Of a stretch of DNA of 64,000 bases, positions 22,442 to 34,573 are shown one piece after another. Each line of letters starts with the position of its first letter. Position 1 is the stretch's first letter. The stretch is taken from positions 667,983-731,982 of the forward strand of contig JAIVFI010000017.1 in NCBI GenBank assembly GCA_025558095.1, given 5' to 3'. Made by a program: the position numbers and the translations under genes. The DNA comes from Hyaloraphidium curvatum SAG 235-1. Lineage: Eukaryota; Fungi; Monoblepharomycota. The notes under the pieces were generated by a model, which did no database searches, had not been told where the DNA came from, and saw only the letters and a program-made list of their open reading frames with translations.

Positions 22442-25400
22442 ATGAAATCCGATTCCACCCTCTTCCTGCGGTCCGCGCTCGTCGCGGGCCTCCTCCTCTC
22501 GGTCGTGGCGGCCGTCGCCGGCCAGACGGTGTGGGCGACGGGCCCGAGGTGCTGCGCGACGTGCACCGTCGGCGCCGCGGGCTGCTGGTGCGTTGCCCCG
22601 GCCTGAATCGGAGCTGCGATCTGACCGCCGGTTGGGCAGCTGTACTTCGAGGCCGCCCCTCACCACCACGCGGGTTGTTTACGCCACGGTCACCAGGACG
22701 AAGACCGCTTCGGCCCGCGGCCTCTTTCTCGTCCCCCGCGAAGAACCCGCCCTCGAGCCCGAACCTCCACCATTTGTTGAAGCCCGCTCCACGCCGGCAC
22801 CCGAGGACCCGACCGCCGCCCCGCCGCACCTCTTCCCCCGCGCCCCGGAATGCACCGTCTGCCCCGCCACCGCCAAGGTCACCTCCCTCGGCCCGAAGGC
22901 GACCGTCAAAGCCAAGTACTGCTGTCCCAAGCGGATGACACGCACTGCCACCCGGAAATCGACCAAGACGGTCTACGTGACCCGCACCCTCACGCCCGTC
23001 CGGAAGTACGCCGTCACCGTGAAGCTGGTCAAGCAGGGCGGCGGGGCGGCGGCGAGGGTGCACGCTGTCGCAGGGCCGAGGAGCCTCAGCGGGTGCCCGA
23101 AGCCGGTCTACTTTGATCTGACGACGGGGACGAACGGCGCCGCGACGGCGTGGTGCTCCAACAGGCCTCCGGCCCAGATGGTGCTGGCTGACGCGGCGTC
23201 GTGCACGCTCATCGGGAACATCGCCTGGACCAACGGGAGCAGCCATACGTTCACCATGGTGGGCGTCGTTCGCGGAGCGCGATGGGACGAAGGAACTGAC
23301 TGCTCGGCCTTGCTCGAAGCGTCCAATGACGACCACGCGAAAGCAGACCACGACGGTGAAAACCACCACCTTGACGCCCACGACGACTTTTACAGCGACC
23401 ACGACCACTACCGTGCGTTCTCTTTGGGTGCTATTTCCAGTGCTCGGGCTTATCCGCCGCGCTTTCCAGACCCCGACCCCGCTTCCCAACGGAGCTTCCT
23501 GCGCCTCGGGATCCGTATGCGCCAGCGGCCATTGTACCGATGGAGTGTGCTGCGACACCGCCTCCACCGGGATATGCCGCGCCTGCACCAGGGGCAAGAC
23601 CGGCGTCCAGGACGGAACCTGCGCCGACGTCAGCGTCGGGACCGACCCGGACGGGGAGTGCGCGCCGAGCGATCCATCCACCTGCGGGACGACGGGCAAC
23701 TGCGCCGCCGGCGCATGTCAGCTTTGGCCCGCGGGCACGTCCTGCGGCTCCATCGGCTGTTCCGGATCGACGCTCTCCCAGGCTCCGGTCTGCAACGGCC
23801 TCGGGACGTGCGTACCCGGTGTCAGCTCCTCCTGCGCCCCTTATTTTTGCGCCTCCGGATCTTCCTGTGCGACGTCGTGCACCTCGGACGCTGGTTGTGC
23901 GGCGGCGCACTATTGCGGACCTGCCGGGACGTGCGAAGCCAAGAAGGCCCAGGGCGGCGTTTGCTCCGCCGCGGGGCAGTGCGCCTCGGGCTTCTGCGTC
24001 GACGGGGTGTGCTGCAATGCGGCGTGCGATGGGACCTGCAGGGCGTGCTCCCTGGCCAAGACCGGCGTGCAGGACGGGACTTGTGCCGATGTCAGTGCAG
24101 GCACGGACCCGGACGGGGAGTGCGCCCCGAGCGACCCCTCAACTTGTGGCACGACGGGGAACTGCGCCGCCGGCGCATGCCAGCTCTGGCCCGCCGGCAC
24201 TTCCTGCGGCTCCATCACGTGCTCCGGATCGACGCTCTCGCAGGCACCCTCATGCAACGGCCTCGGCACGTGTGCTCCGGGCGCGACGAGTTCCTGCGCG
24301 CCCTACTTCTGCGCCTCCGGATCATCGTGCGCGACGTCCTGCACCTCGGACGCCGGCTGCGCTGGGACCCACTACTGCGGACCCGCCGGCTCGTGCGTTC
24401 CCAAGCTGGCCCAGCGGGCCGCGTGCTCCGCCGCGGGGGAGTGCACGTCCGGATTCTGTGTGGACGGGGTGTGCTGTGACTCCGCGTGCGGCGGAACCTG
24501 CATGGCGTGCTCGCTGGCCAAGACCGGCGTCGCCGACGGGACCTGCGCCAACGTCGTCTCCGGCACGGACCCCGACGACGAATGCCCCGCCACGAACCCC
24601 ACGACGTGCGGGACCGCAGGCTACTGCTCCAACGGGGCGTGCCAGCTCCATCCTTCGGGAACCGTATGCAGCTCGGCCTCGTGTTCCGGCGGGACATTCA
24701 CCAAGGAGATGCTTTGCGACGGCTCGGGGACCTGCAGGTCCGACCCGGTGCCGCAGGTGCCCTGCTCCCCTTACCTCTGCGCCGGCACGGCGACCTGCGC
24801 CACAACTTGCGCGGCGGATGCCCGATGCGCGCCGGCGTACTTTTGCGACAACAGCACCGCGACGTGCCGGGCAATGATGGCCCTCGGCTCGGCGTGCACC
24901 CGCGCGCGGGAGTGCTCGTCCGGGTTCTGCTCCGGCGGGGTCTGCTGCGCATTGGCATGCGATGGAGGCTGTCGGGCGTGCTCATCGGCCGCCGGAAGCC
25001 CCTTGCCGGCGGGGCAGTGCTTCACGTTCCCGTCAGGGACCGTCTGCGGCGCCGCGGTATGCGGAAACGGAGTCACTTTTCCCGCGCCCACGTGCGACGC
25101 CCACGGCTTGTGCATGAGCGGCAACCAGGTCTTCTGCGCCCCCTACACGTGCAACGATGCCAGAGACGGGTGCCTCGCTTCGTGCTCGCGGGACGACCAG
25201 TGCAACCCGTTCGTACCGATGTACTGCAGTGGGGGTACTTGCCACGCGAAAAAGGGGTTGGGGGAAGCTTGCACGAGGTTGGAGGAGTGCCAGTTCAACT
25301 CCTGCGTTGACGGGGTCTGCTGCGACATGCCGTGCAGCTCCGAGTGCAAGGCCTGCGTGGCGGCCAAGACCGGCGGGCAGGATGGGAGGTGCGCCGACGT

Positions 25401-25473
25401 GGTCGATGGGACCAATCCTGACGGGGAGTGCCTTGTGGGGCAGGTATGCAGGCAGGGGCAGTGCGCGGCCTAG
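22442..25473 (+). CDS. Secreted protein with a Thr-rich stalk and long Cys-rich repeats (introns 22588-22640, 23259-23319, probably 23413-23469)
   Basis: Signal peptide MKSDSTLFLRSALVAGLLLSVVAAVAG; repeated C.SG.C.DGVCC..C...C.AC units. Confidence 0.85.
23490..24660 (+). repeat. Intragenic tandem duplication, 462-bp (154-aa) period, about 2.5 copies
   Basis: GACCCGGACGGGGAG at 23644 and 24106; near-identical peptides GTDPDGECAPSDPSTCGTTGNCAAGACQLWPAGTSCGS. Confidence 0.9.
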
Positions 25474-25699
25474 GGATCTATGCCGGCCGGGCGAGCTGCT
25501 GATTCGACAATAGTGGGCATTCTTGGCCTTGAGCTGCATGCACTTGAACTGTATTTATGAATCGAAACCAAGTATGGAGCTGGAACCCGAACGGGAAGGG
25601 AGGAAATTGGACATCCATTGCTCGATCGGCTCTCCGCAAGTCGGGGGCGGGCGGGGGGTGACACGACGCCTCCCAAATACACGACGACGCTCCCACGCG

Positions 25700-26431
25700 A
25701 TGCGCCTGCAGGCGCTGTGCGCCGCCGACCACGCGTACCGCACCGCGCCCATCGGCTCCGGAAGACCGGCAGCGCCGGCGGAGGCGGCGTCCCGGGCGGC
25801 GGCAGCCAGGCGCGGGCCGGGGAGCGCGGTGCCCCCCGGACCGGGCGGACCGCGCGAGGGCGCCGATCCGTGGGCCGCGCTGGCGACGGCTTTGGAGGCC
25901 ATTGCCGAATTTGGCGGACGCGCACCTGACGCGACGGCGGCCCGCGAGGAGCCCGGAACGCCCTTCGCGCAGCGGATTCCGGCGCGACCTCGCGCCCCGC
26001 GCAAGTCACCCCCGCGGCAAGCGCCCCTCCTCGTCACTCCCGACACTCCTGCAGTCACGTCGTGCTCGCTCGAGAGCCTCGCCATGCTGCCCGCCGCGGT
26101 CCCGCTCCCCAGCGGACCCGATCGCTCCCCGGTCACACCACCGCCGCCGGCCCCTCCGGCGCTTCCCTCCACCCCGCCCACCTCCCTCCGTGTTACTCCC
26201 TCGCGCCCCGGAGGGAAGAAGCGTGGGGGTCGTCCTCCCTGCCGCGTCGCCGGCTGCCCGAACCCCGCCATGTACGGCGCGAAGAACGCCCGCGGCGCCG
26301 AGACCTGCGCGGGGCACAGGGAGGAGGGCAGCGTGGACAAGCGGCGCAGGGTGTGCGAATTCGAGGATTGCACGAGGAATGTGGACGGGAGGAAGGGAGG
26401 GGGCAGGTGCCCAGAGCACCGGGGCAAGTGA
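25700..26431 (+). CDS. Protein with C-terminal Cys/His (EsV-1-7-like) repeats
   Basis: Basic KKRGGR, then CRVAGCPNPAMYG...TCAGH and CEFEDC...RCPEH. Confidence 0.6.
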   Translation: MRLQALCAADHAYRTAPIGSGRPAAPAEAASRAAAARRGPGSAVPPGPGGPREGADPWAALATALEAIAEFGGRAPDATAAREEPGTPFAQRIPARPRAPRKSPPRQAPLLVTPDTPAVTSCSLESLAMLPAAVPLPSGPDRSPVTPPPPAPPALPSTPPTSLRVTPSRPGGKKRGGRPPCRVAGCPNPAMYGAKNARGAETCAGHREEGSVDKRRRVCEFEDCTRNVDGRKGGGRCPEHRGK

Positions 26432-26640
26432 TGGGGGACGGGAGGGGAGAAGGAGGCACGGGAGGGGCACCAGAGCCTCCAAAATTGTCCAGTGATCACA
26501 TCCAATCATTCTTTTGCAATCATGGCCTTTATTTCAGGTGGTATCGATTGCGATCGGGAGGACAGGGGGCGGCTTCGGGCGGGATTTGCCCCGTCGCAAT
26601 ACGGCCAAGGGACACCGGGGGACAACCGCCCACGATCGCG

Positions 26641-29022
26641 ATGGCAGGCCTAAACCTGCTCCAAACACTCCTCCTCGTGGCCGTCCTTGCGGCGCTCGCA
26701 TTTACGGCTGCCGCGGCGCCGGACGGCGGCGTCGCCGGCGATGCCGCGCTCGGGCGGCTCGGGGCGCTGCTCGCGCACATCGCCGCGCCCAACGCGTCGT
26801 CGGCCGCGGGCAGCGCGTCGGCGGACGCGGGCGGCTTCACCGCGGCCAATACAGCGGCACAGGGTGGGAAATGCGCCCCCGCAACCGCGATCCCGCAGCG
26901 CCCCTTATGCCGCCCCCCCTCCTCCGTTTATCCGGCGGCCGGCCACCCCGCTCGCAGCCGCCCCTCGCCGCCCCAACATCCTCTTCATCCTCGTCGACGA
27001 CCTCGACAAGCAGATGGACACGCTCTCGCACATGCCCCGCATCAACGCGCTGCTGGCCGGGCAGGGCACAACCTTCGACTCGCAGTTCGTCACCACCTCG
27101 CTGTGCTGCCCCACCCGCGCCTCCATCTTCTCGGGCATGTTCGCGCACAACAACAACTTCACCGACGTGGCGCCGCCCGGCGGCGGCTGGGAGCGGTACT
27201 TCGCCCTGGGGCTGGCAAACAGGGCGACCAACGTGCACCTCGCCAAGGCGGGGTACGAGACCTACTTCCTGGGCAAGTACGTCAACGGCTACTCGCTGCG
27301 CAACTACGACCTCGTGCCCGAGGGGTGGACGGTGTACGACGGCCTCGTGATCCCCTGGCAATGTCCGTCTCTCCCGCCCACCACACCGCCGCGCGGATCG
27401 CTGACGCCCCGGCCATCAGATCAACTCTTCAACCCCACCATCAGCCGCAACGGCCAGCCCCCCAAGCGTTACCCCCGGTACCAGACCGACCTCCTCGCCG
27501 AGCGCGCCGCCGGCCTCCTGGAGGACCACGCGTCTCACCACCCCGACAAGCCGTTCTTCATGTACCTGGCGCCCACGGCGCCGCACACGGAATCGTGGTT
27601 CAACCCCTCGGGCAAGACGTTCAAGGAGACGGTGCGGACGACGGTATGCCGCCCGCATCCGCGGCACGCCGAACTGTTCAAGGACCTGCGGGTGCCGCGG
27701 ACGCCCAACTTCAACCCGGCGGAACCGACGGGCAAGCTCGGGTGGATGGCGAACCTGCCGCGGCTGACGGAGGAGAAGATCGCGGTGCTGGACGAGTGGT
27801 ACCGCCAGCGGGCGAGGTGCATGATGGCCGTGGACGAGATGGTGGGGAGCCTGGTGGACACGCTGGAGAAGCTGGGGAAGCTGGAGAACACGTACATCTT
27901 CTGTGGGTTCCCTTTGCGCGCTGGTCGGGAGCGTGCTGACTCCGTTTCGTTGCCGAAAGTCACATCGGACAACGGGTTCCACCTGGGGCACCACCGCATG
28001 GGCGCCGGGAAGATGACGGGAATCGAGGAGGACATCCGCGTCGTGGGTCCCTCCCCCCCCCTCTGCCGACCCGACCCCACCCTTGCTGATCACCCTCCCT
28101 TCCGCAGCCCCTCATCGTCCGCGGCCCCGGCGTCCGCAAGAACCACGTCTCGCACGATTTTGGCTCCCACACCGACGTCGCCGCCACCATCCTCGATTTG
28201 GCGGGGGTGCCACTCCCGGAGGACTACGACGGGCGGCCGATCGACGTGCACGGGACGGGGAAGGAGAGGGGGGAGACGCTGGCGGTTGAGTACTGGGCCA
28301 TGGCTCTGGTGGGTCGACCGCGGGGCGGAAACCGGCATCCGAAGGCTCAACATCCCGCCCGCGTTCGGCAGGACGAGGAATCCAACGTGATCGAGTACAA
28401 CGCCTCCTTCAAGGCCATCCGCCTGCTCTCCACCTCGCACTCGTACTACTACGCCGTGCACTGCCTCGGCGGCCGCGAACTGTACGACCTCCGCGCCGAC
28501 CCCTTCCAGCTGCGCAACATCCACGGGCAACCCGGCACCGGGCGCGTGGTGGCGCGGCTGGACGCGTTGCTGAAGAGGATGCGGACGTGCAGGGGGAGCG
28601 GGTGCCGCGAGCCGTGGGAGGCGCTGCACCCTGGAGGAGGGGTAAGAAGGTTGGCGGATGCGCTGGATCCCAAGTTCGATGAGCAGTACGCGGGCGAGGT
28701 GCCGTACGCGTTCGGACGGTGCTCTGCATCGGCGTACGATGCCGAAGGGGAGGGGGTGCCCGTCGTGCGGGTGCCGAGCCTGGAGAAGCTGCAGGAGGAG
28801 GTAAAGAGGAGCAGGGCGTGGGTTGCGGGGGAGGGGGCGAGGAACGCGGCGCGGTACAGGGAGATGGGCGGGCCGACGTGGGTGATTCGTCGTCTGTTGC
28901 GAGGGCGGGGCTGACGTTCCGGCAGCGATTGGCTGGGCTTCGCCGCGGCGAGGACGTGGTTGCTGATGCAGGCGACCTACGGGTGGTTCGTCGGGGCCTA
29001 CATGTTTGCGCCGACCATCTAG
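26641..29022 (+). CDS. Secreted sulfatase (N-acetylglucosamine-6-sulfatase/arylsulfatase type), multi-exon
   Basis: Signal peptide; PNILFILVDD, CCPTRASIFSG, GKYVNGY, PTAPH, TSDNGFHLGHHR, ELYDLRADPFQLRN. Confidence 0.9.
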
Positions 29023-29263
29023 CCGGCGGGAGGGAAGGGGAATGCGAAGGACGAGGAGCGCTCGGCGGCCGGCCCGGAGATTCGCCCCATCAACCCCTTT
29101 TCTGTGCATATTTATGCTACGACGTCCATTTTCATTGCCTTTTCGATCTGTCCGGCTTTCTCTTTCTCTGGGGGCTCGGGCGGATCCCCGGATCCCCGGT
29201 CCCGAACGAGGGACGCGTCCTGCGCACTGACTCGGTATCCCGCCCTCGCAGCGGGCCCCGCCC

Positions 29264-30238
29264 ATGCGCATCGGGGGCCTCCTGACCGGACGACGCGCAG
29301 TTCTGTCGCTGGTGGTCCTCGCCTTCCTCTCCCTCCTCGCCGTCGTGGGACCGGCGCGTCCCTATTGGCCCACGGGGCGGCACCGCATATTGTTCCTGTC
29401 GACCGATTGCGACGGCGACGCGTCGAAATTCCTCGCTTCCAAGGCGTATTTCCTCGCTCCCAACCGGACGTTCGATGTCGCCGTCGTGGACTTCAGCGAG
29501 GGCAACGTGTGCGCCCCCCTGCTGGCCGCGGGCGCGGACCGCGTGTTCCACCGCCCACAGTCGTTCAAGTACGACGCGCTGCACTCGGTCCTCGCCTCCG
29601 CCGGTCCCGGGGGCGGCGGTGGCGGCGTGGACCCCGCCTTCGCCCGGCACTCGCGCTTCCTCCTGTGCGACGCCGACATCGACTTCCCCGGCGGCTCCCC
29701 CGCCGTGGACCTCCTCTTCGACCTCTCCGAACGGCTGGACCTGTTCATCTCCCAGGCCTCGCTGAGCAACCGCTCCGAGGCCCCGCACGCGGCGCTGAGG
29801 CGCAGCGCCGAGACGTTCCGCCGCGGAGGTGTCGGAAGGCGCGCGGGGATCGTGGAGATCATGTGCCCGCTGTTTTCGCGGCGCGCGTTGGAGGCGTACC
29901 TGCCCGATTTCAGGGGGCAGAAGACGGGGTGGGGGATGGACATCCTCTGGGCGTGGGGCATCCAGAGCAAGCTCCGCTACGGCGACTGGGAGGGCCTGCG
30001 CGGGGAGCTGATGGCGGTCGTGGACGCGGTCGAGATGGAGCACCTGCGGCCCGTTTCGGACAAGAACATGCTGTACGAGCGGACGGGCGGGCAGAAGGCC
30101 GCGTTCTTCTCCATGGGGCCGATGCTCAAGAATCGGACGGGGATGGAGCTGCACCAGGCGCTGTACTTTTTGGACAGGGTGAGGGAGCGGACGGGGAACG
30201 TGACGCTGTACGCGGACGGGAGCCGGGCGATGCGCTAG
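29264..30238 (+). CDS. DUF707-like putative GT-A glycosyltransferase, type II membrane protein
   Basis: N-terminal TM; DADID (DxD); SQASL; VEIMCPLFSR; GWGMDILW; AVVDAVEMEH.RP. Confidence 0.7.
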   Translation: MRIGGLLTGRRAVLSLVVLAFLSLLAVVGPARPYWPTGRHRILFLSTDCDGDASKFLASKAYFLAPNRTFDVAVVDFSEGNVCAPLLAAGADRVFHRPQSFKYDALHSVLASAGPGGGGGGVDPAFARHSRFLLCDADIDFPGGSPAVDLLFDLSERLDLFISQASLSNRSEAPHAALRRSAETFRRGGVGRRAGIVEIMCPLFSRRALEAYLPDFRGQKTGWGMDILWAWGIQSKLRYGDWEGLRGELMAVVDAVEMEHLRPVSDKNMLYERTGGQKAAFFSMGPMLKNRTGMELHQALYFLDRVRERTGNVTLYADGSRAMR

Positions 30239-31071
30239 CCAGGAGGTGGTGTGTCGGTACCGAGTACATCCTGTCAGCGCTTCCAACCGGATCCCGTGCC
30301 TTCAGGTGAGGGGCAGCAGTACCATCCCACCTCTCCGGCACCGCACGTCGCGCGTGATTGTCGCTAGCAGGCGGTCAGGTCCAGTTCGATCCGGGCGATC
30401 GAGTCCCCTTTGCCTTTCCATGGAGCGCGGTGCTGGCGTTGCGCGCGTATTCCGAGCGAAACTGGAGACAGAGCATTGCGATCGGCGGGCAGTGCGTGCG
30501 AGATCGGCGGCGCCATTGCGAGAGACCGGAGGCGCAACTCGGGATGGTCACCTCCCTCGCCTCTCGGCATGCCCGCACTCGCCGCATGATATCTGAACCA
30601 TCTCGAATGGGGTTTTTTTTTGGCCGAGGGCAGTTTGTTCGTGTCGTTTGCCAGGCGAACGGCATGCCGTTGCGCGCGAACTGTGAGAGTGGAGACCAAG
30701 CGCAACGTCAATCGGCGGCGCTAGATCGGCGGTGCAATTCGAGCGCAAGCACTTCATCATTCGTCGGCGTCGCGTGCCCGCCAGCGCGCCACTGCGACCT
30801 CGAGCCCCTCGCTGCTACGCGCACGGAGCTCGCGACACAAGTGGGGCACGCGCGCTGGTGCCTCGCTGCCCGGCGACGGCAGCTAACCGCGGTCATGATG
30901 TCTCCCATCACGGACCAATCAAGGTCGTGTGCGTCACCCGGCATTTGACCGGAGCCGGCTTGAGGACTGCTGGGAAGCAGGATCTCGAGATGCCGTGAGT
31001 CTGATCACGAGCGTTTTCCTCCGGGTTGCCCGCCTCATGCCCAACTCCTCCGCCCAAGATCTAAATGCAAA

Positions 31072-31424
31072 ATGAACGTAGTGCAGCTCTACTCGGACGG
31101 CGTAGTCAGCAAGTGCCATAAGAGCGCCGCGGGCATCGACAAGCACAGCGGACTCCCGACCTGCGGGCAGTGTCACCGCTTCTTCGGAAACTTCTTCTCC
31201 CTGGACAAGCGTTGCGGCGGAAGCGTGCACCCCTCCTCGCAGAAAGGCTACTATTACAGGTTCTGCACGAGCTGCAGCAAGGAAGCCAATCTGCTATAAG
31301 GTCACATTGTAACAACAGGGCGAAACGCAGTCATTCGACGAGTGTTCTACTGCTGCAACACCACCTCTCCACAGCTAAACGCCGTCCATCAACCGATCAA
31401 TCTACTGGCCAAAAGACCCCATGA
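31072..31424 (+). pseudogene. Degenerate C2H2-type zinc-finger remnant
   Basis: CGQCHRFFGNFFSLDKRC...H; YYYRFC; continues in another frame as SQSAIRSHC...LQHHLSTAKR; lower GC than flanks. Confidence 0.4.
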
Positions 31425-33048
31425 TCTCCCGCACGGTCCACTCCATGTTGCTCCCCCCCGTGAGGAACCCCTCGCACCCCTCGCACAGCGCGAGCCGGCC
31501 CTTGGGCACCACCGCCGCCATCCGCTCCAGGAACTCCCGCGCCATCTCGGCCTCCTTGATCACGTACCTGCACTCGGCCCCGTCGGGCGGCAGGCCCATC
31601 CGACGGCACCTTTCCTCCCCGTCCGGCTTCTCGGCCAGCACCAGCACAGGGATCCGCGCGTCCAGCGTGCGGTTGCAGTCCCAGAGCGACGGTCGGAACT
31701 GGGTCTCGGGGTTCTCCGCGGCGCGGCGGAGGTAGTCGGCCTGGGTCGCCCATTGCTTGTCGTTGAGCAGGTTGAGGAACCGCTTCTCGCCCTCGAGCTC
31801 CTTGGGAACGTAGTCCGGGTCGTGCGGGACGAGCAGCGGCATCAGGCCCAGCGGGACGCCTACGGCGAGTATGGCGTTGCCGAGCGCGAGTCTGCCGCGG
31901 AGGGTCGCGGCGGCGTACTTGACGGTCTCGTCGTGGGGCATGCCCCTCGCGGCCGCGTAGGTCGGAAATTCTCCCGGCCCGTAGCCGAGCACCACAATCC
32001 CTGCCACCATCTCGGGCTCCCTCAGCGCGTAGTCGTAAACCCTCTCCGGCCCACCGTCCATGGTCCCGACCAGCACGAACGGCCCCGGCTCGCCCATCGC
32101 ACGCGCCAGCTGCCCGATGATCGGCTCCCCGGTCTGCGAACCCGACGTGGCGTAGCCCGACCATCCCGTGCCGGGGTAGTCGTAGCTGCACACCCTCCGC
32201 CCGAGGCCCACGAGCTCCTGCTCGAGGCCGTGCAGGTCCGAGGAGGAGTGGCCGCCGCCGCCGATGTCGAAAAAGAAGGCGGGGAGGGAGGGGTCGCGCG
32301 GGCCGGCGCAGTAGGCCATGATCGAGACAGAGGTGCCGTCGGCGTAGATCACGCGGTGGAAGGTGCCGCGGGGGCGGTGGCGGAGGTATCCGGACGCCTG
32401 GATCCAGGCGCCGACGACGAGGAGGAAAAGTAGGGGGAGCGCCACGGCGAGCAAGAAGCCGTTGCCCGCGCGAAGAACGCGCGACACCATCGAAGGGGCG
32501 AGATCGATATCGTTGTCGACGAGGCCTGCGGGTCCATCGACGACGGAGGTCGAGTCTTCAGCGCCTTCTTCGGAGGCCAACAGGGGCTGCTCGTCGTCCG
32601 TCGAGGCATCGATCCCGATGAAGAACGTCTGGCGACCGCGAGAAGCAACAAAGGCGTTCAGAAACAGGCAGAGTCCGAGGACAAAGGCCCACGCGGCGGT
32701 GCCGGCGCGCGATCCGAGGGCGTGCGCCAGGAAAAGGAGACTTCCGGCCGACGCGGCCGCCAGATAGTAGTAAAGCCAGAGCGTAGAGGTTAACTGGGCC
32801 CTGGCCTGCAGCGCAACTTGAGGGGCGAAGAGGGCGAGCATCGCCGCGAGCCAGAGCGACGAGTGCCTCGGATAGACCACGCCACGCGCCGGGGCGTGGC
32901 CGATCAGAATGGCGTTCGTCACGATGCCGACAAGAGCGGCGAGAAAGAAGATGGCGGAGATTCGGTCCAGCAGGCGCAGGCTCGCAAGGTCTCCCAGAGA
33001 GCGCACTCCGGCGGCCGACGTCGGGCTCGAATCGAGCAGCTGCTCCAT
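31402..33048 (-). CDS. Multi-TM membrane protein with a C-terminal alpha/beta-hydrolase domain
   Basis: About 5 hydrophobic segments; RVCSYDYPGTGWS; VLVGTMDGG at the nucleophile elbow; PEMVAGIVVL. Confidence 0.75.
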   Translation of the reverse strand: MEQLLDSSPTSAAGVRSLGDLASLRLLDRISAIFFLAALVGIVTNAILIGHAPARGVVYPRHSSLWLAAMLALFAPQVALQARAQLTSTLWLYYYLAAASAGSLLFLAHALGSRAGTAAWAFVLGLCLFLNAFVASRGRQTFFIGIDASTDDEQPLLASEEGAEDSTSVVDGPAGLVDNDIDLAPSMVSRVLRAGNGFLLAVALPLLFLLVVGAWIQASGYLRHRPRGTFHRVIYADGTSVSIMAYCAGPRDPSLPAFFFDIGGGGHSSSDLHGLEQELVGLGRRVCSYDYPGTGWSGYATSGSQTGEPIIGQLARAMGEPGPFVLVGTMDGGPERVYDYALREPEMVAGIVVLGYGPGEFPTYAAARGMPHDETVKYAAATLRGRLALGNAILAVGVPLGLMPLLVPHDPDYVPKELEGEKRFLNLLNDKQWATQADYLRRAAENPETQFRPSLWDCNRTLDARIPVLVLAEKPDGEERCRRMGLPPDGAECRYVIKEAEMAREFLERMAAVVPKGRLALCEGCEGFLTGGSNMEWTVREIMGSFGQ

Positions 33049-33283
33049 GTTGCTGGCTGCTAGAGAGGTTGTAAAGACGTTTCGGCTAGCCAGCTTCTTT
33101 AAAGCTGCTCAGAGGTGCTGCTGAGGCGGCTTGCGCCGCCCCCGAAGCAGACTCCGCGGTTTCACCGCACGGCGTAAACAACGGTAAACAACCCTTGCCT
33201 CCCTCGACATCGCCGAAAGCAGGGCCCCTGGCCGCCATCTGCTCTCTTCCATCGTGGTTCTTTGCTAGCAAGCCGCGGCAACG

Positions 33284-34370
33284 ATGCCCGACGCCGGCTT
33301 CCGTGTGCAGATCGCGCACCTCGGCCCTGCCGGCACGCACTCGCAGGCGGCCGCACAGGCGCGCTTCGCCCCGCCGCCGACGGCCCGCGTGCCCCCCATA
33401 TCGATGCTCCCCGCGGCGTCATTCCCAGATATCTTTGCGAAGCTGCGGACCGAGGAGGCGCACTACGGCGTGCTGCCGGTGCAGAACAGCACGAGCGGGA
33501 TCGTGCACACGTCGCTGGACGCGCTGATCGCTACCGCGGTGGCGGAGCCGGGGATAAGGGTGTTGGGGGAACACTACTTTTCGGTTCACCACTGCCTCCT
33601 CTCGAACTCGGCTGTTGGGGGACAATTGTCGAACGCATCTCCCGAATCGCTTGACACGACATCGCTCGCGGGGATCCGACGAGTTTATTCCCACAACGAG
33701 GCGCTGGCCCAGTGTCGGACTTTCCTGTCGTCGAAGCTGCCCCAGGCGGAGCTTGTCAGGGTGGAGTCGACGGCCAAGGCGGCCGAAATCGCCTCCAAAG
33801 AGGACGGAGCCGCCGCCATCGCCCCGGATATCTGCAGCGACATTTATGGCATACCCGTCGTGGCTCGGAACATCGAGGATGCCTCCGGTGGGCCACGCGT
33901 TCAATCTTTCTCTGCGGAGATTCTCACACAGCATCTGCCCATTGACTCCAGACAACACCACGCGGTTTCTCATCGTCTCCATGTCCTATGCCCCCTCCCC
34001 GCGGCCTCTGTACTCCCCCCGCCCCGCCCCCGCCGGCCCCGACGCCTCGCTGCCCTACAACAAATCCCTCCTCCTCGCCCTCCCCCGCGCCGGCCGCGAC
34101 CAAGCCTTCACCGAGATCCTCTCCTCCTTCGCCTCGCACAAGATCCCGGTGCTAAACGTGTGGACGCGGCCGTACAAGCCGCCCGCCGGTGCCAGCTCGG
34201 AGGAGCTGCCCGCGAGGGCGAGGTTCAGGAGCTACGTGATCGTGGAGTTTGCGTCCTACGGGGCGCTCGATGTGGGCAAGGTGACGGACTACGTGACCAA
34301 GGAGCTGGAATCCAAGGGCGTGTGCGAGATGCTGAAGGTGCTGGGGAGCTGGATCGACGAGGGCGCGTAG
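33284..34370 (+). CDS. PHA2: Prephenate dehydratase, intron at 33888-33951
   Basis: HLGPAGTHS, GVLPVQNSTSG, VYSHNEALAQC, STAKAA, D|NTTRF, ACT-like C-terminus ending LKVLGSW. Confidence 0.9.
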
Positions 34371-34573
34371 CACGGCCCGCGGACGTCCATAGAGCTTGCT
34401 GCCATCAATATCTTAGGTGCCGTCCCTTTTCTTGATGGCTGCTTGCCGGACAGGCGCTGCCTCTGACGGCCTTGCCCTGCTTGTTTGTCGGCGCGATCGG
34501 TGCGATCGTCCGGCTCTGTTGCAGCACTTCCTCCTCGATCCTCCATTCCACCAACGGTCCCCATTACGACGCG

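Noticed and set aside
23490-24660. CRISPR-like or mobile repeat array
   Set aside because: It is an in-frame coding duplication with no repeat-spacer structure.
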